Assembly (NCBI GenBank): GCA_041742355.1 | Contig: JBGSIV010000060.1 | Coordinates: 1 to 11,931 of the forward strand | DNA: 11,931 nt | Source: Candidatus Zixiibacteriota bacterium | Lineage (GTDB): Bacteria > Zixibacteria > MSB-5A5 > GN15 > FEB-12 | Reading direction: 5' to 3' | Part shown: positions 7,090-11,931 of the stretch, piece after piece | Layout: each line of letters starts with the position of its first letter | Numbering within the stretch: position 1 is the stretch's first letter | Position numbers and translations under genes: made by a program | The notes under the pieces: model-generated | Seen by the model: the letters and a program-made list of their open reading frames with translations, nothing else | Databases searched by the model: none | Told to the model about the DNA's origin: nothing

Positions 7090-8310
7090 ATGCTAACAGG
7101 GAAGTCCATCCTTATCACCGGCGGTACCGGCTCTTTCGGCAAGAAGTTCGTGGAGACCGTCCTCGCCAAGCATCCGCAGGTTCGCCGGGTTGCGGTGTTT
7201 TCGCGCGACGAACTGAAGCAGTTTGAGATGCGTCAGCAGTTTCCAGAGCAGAAGTACCCTCAGATGCGATTCTTCATCGGTGATGTTCGGGATAGGGAGC
7301 GCCTCTATCGGGCAATGGAAGGTGTGGATGTGGTCGTGCATGCCGCCGCACTCAAGCAGGTTCCGGCCTGCGAATACAATCCCTTTGAAGCGATCAAAAC
7401 GAACGTTCTTGGCGCCCAGAATGTGATCGATACGGCGATCGAGCGGAATGTGCAGAAAGTCGTCGCTCTATCTACCGACAAGGCTGCGGCGCCAATCAAC
7501 CTCTACGGTGCGACCAAGCTCTGCTCGGACAAGCTGTTCGTCTCGGCCAATAATCACAAGGGCGCCCGCAACGTGAAGCTCTCGGTTGTGCGCTACGGCA
7601 ATGTCATGGGCAGCCGCGGCAGCGTGATCCCGTTCTTTCTCGAGAAAAGCCGCGAGAGACATCTGCCGATCACCGACACGCGCATGACCCGGTTCAATAT
7701 CACGCTCCAGGAAGGTGTGGCGCTGGTGATGACTGCCCTCACACACATGTGGGGCGGAGAGATATTCGTACCGAAGATCCCGAGTTACCGCATTCTCGAT
7801 GTAGCCCGAGCCATTGCCCCTGATGCGAGCTACGAACTGGTCGGCATCCGGCCAGGGGAGAAGCTGCACGAAGAGATGATTACCGAGACCGATGCCCTGA
7901 ACAGCCTCGAATTTGACGACTACTACGTGATTTTGCCCTCGGTCCGGCTGTGGGATGTGAACCGGTATATGGAGACATACAATGGCCGACGGTGTGCTGA
8001 AGGATTCAGCTACTCAAGTGGCTCGAACACCGAGTGGCTCACGGCCGGCGATCTGCGGCGGCTGATCCGGACTCACGTGGATCCGACGTTCGGTTCTGCG
8101 GAACCGGCTCCAATTACAGGTAAGACTGAAGCCTGCCCGATGGGATCAATTGAGGAGTTATATCAAGCGGCTTCGCTTCAGGCACGACGCCAGGCGGCCG
8201 CCCTGTCACTCGAAACCAGTACCGGGAAAGGGACTTCCCGTCATGACGATCTCGACGCTGACCAAACCAACGAGGTTTCTTCCGTACGGCAGACAGTCCA
8301 TAACTGCTGA
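7090..8310 (+). CDS. pseB: UDP-N-acetylglucosamine 4,6-dehydratase (C5-inverting), PseB/FlaA1
   Basis: ILITGGTGSFGK, FSRDELKQ, FIGDVRD, HAAALKQVPACEYNPFE, LSTDKA, NLYGATK, RYGNVMGSRGSV, MTRF and GIRPGEKLHE. The family-like part ends near aa 334 and is followed by a 72-aa tail. Confidence 0.95.
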   Translation: MLTGKSILITGGTGSFGKKFVETVLAKHPQVRRVAVFSRDELKQFEMRQQFPEQKYPQMRFFIGDVRDRERLYRAMEGVDVVVHAAALKQVPACEYNPFEAIKTNVLGAQNVIDTAIERNVQKVVALSTDKAAAPINLYGATKLCSDKLFVSANNHKGARNVKLSVVRYGNVMGSRGSVIPFFLEKSRERHLPITDTRMTRFNITLQEGVALVMTALTHMWGGEIFVPKIPSYRILDVARAIAPDASYELVGIRPGEKLHEEMITETDALNSLEFDDYYVILPSVRLWDVNRYMETYNGRRCAEGFSYSSGSNTEWLTAGDLRRLIRTHVDPTFGSAEPAPITGKTEACPMGSIEELYQAASLQARRQAAALSLETSTGKGTSRHDDLDADQTNEVSSVRQTVHNC

Positions 8311-9481
8311 GGACATCGCGGCCGTCACGGCCGTCCTTCAGTCCGAATGGCTCACTCAGGGACCGGCTATCACAGCGTTCGAAGGCGCTCTCGCTCGCAG
8401 GGTGAGCGCCAGACATGTGATAGCCTGCATAAATGGAACTGCCGCGCTGCATTTAGCCATGATGGCCCTGGGGATCAGGTCGGGTGACTGCATCCTTACC
8501 ACGCCGGTCACTTTTCTGGCAGATGCCAATTGCGCCCGGTACACTGGCGCCGATATTGAGTTTGCTGATATCGATCAATCCACCGGTCTCATCGATCCGT
8601 CGGAGATCGAGCGAGTCCTGGCGGAAGATCGGGCGCACCGGATCAAGGCCATTATCCCCGTCGACTTTGCCGGGCAGCCGGCCGACCTCCCTGCTATAGC
8701 CCGCATGGCTCGTGGCCACGGAGCGGCTGTGGTTGATGACGCCTGCCATGCGCTAGGTGCAACCTACCTCTATGACAATGAGCCGATAACGCTCGGATCC
8801 AACGAACACAGCGAGCTTACGGTCTTCTCCTTCCATCCCGTTAAACACGTTGCAATGGGGGAGGGGGGCGCGGTGGCCACGAACGACGACACTCTGGCCG
8901 AGCGTCTCCGCCTCTATCGCAATCACGGCATGCAGAAGGAAGACCTTCTACAATCGGATCTGGCGCTCGCGGCCGACGGCAGAGTGAACCCATGGTACTA
9001 TGAGCTGCAGGAACTCGGCTACAATTACCGCCTGACCGATATTCAGTCCGCGCTCGGCCTGAGCCAGCTCCAGCGCCTGGATCGATCGCTGATGCGGCGC
9101 CGTGAAATTGCCGAGCAGTATGTCTCGCACTTCACCAAGCGTTTTGACGAACAGGAATTGCAGGTGTTGACTCAAGTTCCCGGGAGGATGAATGCCTGGC
9201 ACCTCTTCGTCGTGAGAATCGACTTCACAGCGTTCGGGATTTCGCGAGCACAGGTGATGAATGACCTCCGCGCCCGGGGCATAGGCAGCCAGGTGCACTA
9301 CATCCCGATCCACCTGCAACCATACTATCGGAAGCTGTACGGATTCACTTCCGGGATGTACCCGCAGGCTGAGTCTTACTACGAGCAGGCGCTGAGTCTG
9401 CCGATGTACCCGGACCTCTCGGATGAGGATATCGAATACGTTGTGGCCTCGCTGGAAGACATCCTGAGAGGGCGGCCATGA
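8243..9481 (+). CDS. pseC: UDP-4-amino-4,6-dideoxy-N-acetyl-beta-L-altrosamine transaminase (PLP-dependent, DegT/DnrJ family)
   Basis: FLPYGRQSI, WLTQGP, NGTAALH, DACHALGA, FSFHPVK (PLP lysine), GEGG, LGYNYRLTD and VHYIP. ATG 8243 with AAAGGGA upstream fits the family N-terminus better than the ORF-track start at 8150. Confidence 0.93.
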   Translation: MTISTLTKPTRFLPYGRQSITAEDIAAVTAVLQSEWLTQGPAITAFEGALARRVSARHVIACINGTAALHLAMMALGIRSGDCILTTPVTFLADANCARYTGADIEFADIDQSTGLIDPSEIERVLAEDRAHRIKAIIPVDFAGQPADLPAIARMARGHGAAVVDDACHALGATYLYDNEPITLGSNEHSELTVFSFHPVKHVAMGEGGAVATNDDTLAERLRLYRNHGMQKEDLLQSDLALAADGRVNPWYYELQELGYNYRLTDIQSALGLSQLQRLDRSLMRRREIAEQYVSHFTKRFDEQELQVLTQVPGRMNAWHLFVVRIDFTAFGISRAQVMNDLRARGIGSQVHYIPIHLQPYYRKLYGFTSGMYPQAESYYEQALSLPMYPDLSDEDIEYVVASLEDILRGRP

Positions 9482-10215
9482 AGACAGTCATCATAGTGCA
9501 GGCTCGCATGACCTCGACCCGGCTACCGGGGAAGATCTTGCGGGAAGTGCTCGGGCGTCCGCTGCTCGCTTACCAGATTGATCGGCTGCGCCGCGTGCGC
9601 GAAGCTCATGAAGTAGTCATCGCAACGACGACCAACGCCACCGACGAGCCAGTCGTGGATTTCTGTGCGGGAAACGGCATCCAGGCCTTCCGGGGCTCCG
9701 AGGATGATGTGCTGTCCAGGTACTATGGCGCCGCACTCGAACATGGCGCAACGACCGTGGTCCGGGTGACATCAGACTGCCCGATGATAGATCCGGCTGT
9801 GATCGATCGGGTTATTGCCGAATTCGCGTCGGCGGACCCGGCGATTGACTACGCATCGAATACACTGACCAGGACCTACCCCCGTGGGTTGGACTGCGAG
9901 GTCTTTTCGCTCGCCGCGCTCACGGCAGCACACTTCGAAGCCGTCGACGCCCCGGAACGGGAACATGTCACACCGTTCCTGTATCACCATCCGGAGCGCT
10001 TCAATCTGCTGAATATTGCCCACAACGTCGATCTGAGCCGGCTGCGCTGGACAGTCGACACCCCTGAAGATTTCCATCTAATCCGGCTCATGCTGGAACA
10101 TCTGTACGTTCGAAAGCCGGACTTTGCCCTCGAAGATTGCCTCCGAATGCTAGCCGAGCACCCGGAGTGGACTGCGATTAACGCTCATGTCGAGCAGAAG
10201 GTGTACGGCCAATGA
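9478..10215 (+). CDS. SpsF-type cytidylyltransferase (probable CMP-pseudaminic acid synthetase, PseF role)
   Basis: IIVQARMTSTRLPGK, FRGSEDDVLSRY, VRVTSDCP, YPRGLDCE, REHVTP and RWTVDTPED. ATGA overlap with pseC. Confidence 0.85.
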   Translation: MKTVIIVQARMTSTRLPGKILREVLGRPLLAYQIDRLRRVREAHEVVIATTTNATDEPVVDFCAGNGIQAFRGSEDDVLSRYYGAALEHGATTVVRVTSDCPMIDPAVIDRVIAEFASADPAIDYASNTLTRTYPRGLDCEVFSLAALTAAHFEAVDAPEREHVTPFLYHHPERFNLLNIAHNVDLSRLRWTVDTPEDFHLIRLMLEHLYVRKPDFALEDCLRMLAEHPEWTAINAHVEQKVYGQ

Positions 10216-11315
10216 GAGTTGTCATCCGGACAGACTCTTCTTCTGCGATCGGCACCGGTCACGTGACGCGCTGCCTGACGTTTGCTAACGCCTTGAGGAA
10301 CTGCGGGGCGACGGTGACGTTTGTTTGTCGTGACCACTCGGGTAACATTGCATCGGAAATCGCGGACAACCGTTTTGACGTTCGGCTGCTTCCCCGTTGT
10401 ACTGGTGTGAAGACGTCGTCTGCGAATCTGTACGAGGGCTGGCTGGGGGTCGAACAGGCGACCGATGCTGTGCAGACGCGGGACGTTGTGCAGTCGTGCG
10501 GATCTGTGGATCGCCTCGTTGTCGACCACTATGGTTTGGATGAATCCTGGGAGAGTCTGCTCAGACCGTCTGTAGGCGGTATCTTGGTCATCGATGATCT
10601 GGCCAATCGTCGCCACACTTGCAGCGCCCTACTCGACCAGAACCTGCAGACTGACACAGCGGTTCGGTACCTGCGCCTTGTTCCGGCAGACTGCCGGCTC
10701 CTGAATGGTCCGCGGTTTGCCCTTCTGCGGGAGGAATTCCACCGGACCCGCTTGGGCGCATCGCATAGCCGGTTTGAGGTCCAACGAATTCTCGTCTTTT
10801 ACGGGGGCGTGGACGCCACTAACGAAACAGTCAAGGCGATGACCGCACTGCAGACCCTAAACTACCCCAATCTGCAAATCACTGTTATAGTCGGGCCTGC
10901 AAATGCTCAGCGCGAGTACATCCACAAAGTGGCGGCAGACGATGCCCGTTTCAAAGTCCGCGAAAACGTGTCCGACATGGCCCGGCTCATGGCCGAGGCT
11001 GACCTGGCGCTCGGCGCCGGCGGAACGACCACCTGGGAACGCTGCTGTATGGGCCTTCCAACGATCATCACCGCTGTGGCCGAAAATCAAATCTCCATAG
11101 CCGAACAGGTTGCCCGTGCGGGAGCGGCGGTGTACCTGGGAGAGCCGTCGGATGTCTCCGGGCCCCGGTTGATGGAGGCAGTTGGAGAGCTCCTCACGGC
11201 CCCGGCTCGGCTGTCATCGATGAGCGAGCGCGCGTCCAGCCTTGTCGATGGCCTTGGCACATCGAGGGTGGTACGAGCCCTCTACGAAATGCAAGCACAG
11301 GAGGCTCCTGTATGA
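10212..11315 (+). CDS. pseG: UDP-2,4-diacylamido-2,4,6-trideoxy-beta-L-altropyranose hydrolase
   Basis: RTDSSSAIGTGHVTRC (catalytic His), VVDHYG, VIDDLANR, LLDQN, FALLREEF, YGGVD, GAGGTTTWERCCMGLP and AENQ; GT-B fold. ATGA overlap with the upstream gene. Confidence 0.93.
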   Translation: MRVVIRTDSSSAIGTGHVTRCLTFANALRNCGATVTFVCRDHSGNIASEIADNRFDVRLLPRCTGVKTSSANLYEGWLGVEQATDAVQTRDVVQSCGSVDRLVVDHYGLDESWESLLRPSVGGILVIDDLANRRHTCSALLDQNLQTDTAVRYLRLVPADCRLLNGPRFALLREEFHRTRLGASHSRFEVQRILVFYGGVDATNETVKAMTALQTLNYPNLQITVIVGPANAQREYIHKVAADDARFKVRENVSDMARLMAEADLALGAGGTTTWERCCMGLPTIITAVAENQISIAEQVARAGAAVYLGEPSDVSGPRLMEAVGELLTAPARLSSMSERASSLVDGLGTSRVVRALYEMQAQEAPV

Positions 11316-11911
11316 ACATCCTGTACCTCGGGCCGGATCGTCCAGCCTTTATCGCCTATCTGCAGTCGCTGGGCGACCGGGTGGTGCGCATCGAGCATAA
11401 ACTGACTGCCGACAGCCAGGAGATCATCGGCGCTGACTGGATCGTCAGCTTTGGCTACCGCTATATCCTGAAGGATGATCTGCTGGGGCTATTTCCGAAT
11501 AGGGCGATCAACCTCCACATCTCGCACTTGCCGTGGAACCGTGGTGCTGACCCAAACCTGTGGAGCTGGATCGAGAACACCCCCAAGGGCGTGACGATCC
11601 ACCAGATCGACCCTGGCATTGACACCGGCCTGCTTCTGGCTCAACGGCTAGTTGACTTTGACGGATCTGAGACTCTGCAGACGAGCTACGAAAAGCTGAC
11701 CGGGTCCCTTGAACAGCTCTTCCGCGAATATTGGCCGGACATCCGATCCGGTCGACGGCGCGGGTTCCGCCAGCCCGAAGGGGGCACTTCGCATCGGCTG
11801 CGTGATCGCGAGGCCGTGGCGCATCTGCTCTATGCCGGATGGGACACGCCGGTGCGCGACCTGATCGGCCGCAGTGCGGAGACCCGACAGGAGGCAGCCA
11901 ACCATGCGTGA
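11312..11911 (+). CDS. Stand-alone N10-formyl-THF-dependent N-formyltransferase (PseJ-like sugar formyltransferase)
   Basis: IVSFGYRYIL, INLHISHLPWNRG (N-x-H and HxSxLP motif) and GVTIHQIDPGIDTG (catalytic Asp). At 199 aa it has no C-terminal tRNA-binding domain. ATGA-coupled to pseG. Confidence 0.88.
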   Translation: MNILYLGPDRPAFIAYLQSLGDRVVRIEHKLTADSQEIIGADWIVSFGYRYILKDDLLGLFPNRAINLHISHLPWNRGADPNLWSWIENTPKGVTIHQIDPGIDTGLLLAQRLVDFDGSETLQTSYEKLTGSLEQLFREYWPDIRSGRRRGFRQPEGGTSHRLRDREAVAHLLYAGWDTPVRDLIGRSAETRQEAANHA

Positions 11912-11931
11912 AATTCGCCTCGCCGACCGCC
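11904..11931 (+). CDS. Start of the next gene, probably pseudaminic acid synthase (PseI/NeuB family); truncated by the window edge
   Basis: AGGAGG SD at 11889-11894, ATG 11904, MREIRLADR, which resembles NeuB/PseI N-termini. The synthase is the pathway step still missing. Only 9 codons are visible. Confidence 0.5.

Noticed and set aside
6804..7226. ORFs 6804-7169 (-) and 6933-7226 (+) spanning the intergenic region
   Set aside because: Both overlap pseB substantially, the minus-strand one also covers the promoter elements, and neither has protein-like motifs.
8150..8242. Longer pseC start from the ORF track
   Set aside because: Non-ATG start, the extra residues are not family-like, and ATG 8243 has an SD and matches the usual PseC N-terminus.
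11312..11911. Annotation as methionyl-tRNA formyltransferase (fmt) or purN
   Set aside because: Too short for Fmt (no C-terminal domain), no def or pur context, and translationally coupled inside a pse operon.

Overview
GC-rich bacterial chromosomal window with every credible gene on the + strand. The left part (1-3364) holds a 5'-truncated beta-lactamase-family serine hydrolase, a sigma70-type promoter ahead of a ROK-family sugar kinase and a small membrane protein, and a tRNA-Phe(GAA) with its own promoter and intrinsic terminator. The right part (3425-end) is a surface-glycan precursor locus. It contains a dTDP-L-rhamnose-type cluster (rmlB-rmlA-rmlD-rmlC-like), a ~350-bp intergenic region with a sigma54-like -24/-12 promoter, and a tightly coupled pseudaminic acid cluster: pseB, pseC, an SpsF-type cytidylyltransferase, pseG, a stand-alone N-formyltransferase and the first codons of a probable pseI. 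The most notable points are (i) a formyltransferase where the acetyltransferase PseH would be expected, predicting an N-formylated pseudaminic acid, (ii) apparent sigma54 control with a structured leader and a 48-codon upstream ORF, (iii) a 72-aa PseB tail overlapping pseC, (iv) a ROK kinase lacking the Cys-rich zinc motif and (v) an RmlC-like cupin with non-canonical catalytic positions. I see no mobile element, CRISPR array or clearly unprecedented system; these are variants of known pathways. All calls come from motif recognition by eye, with no database searches.
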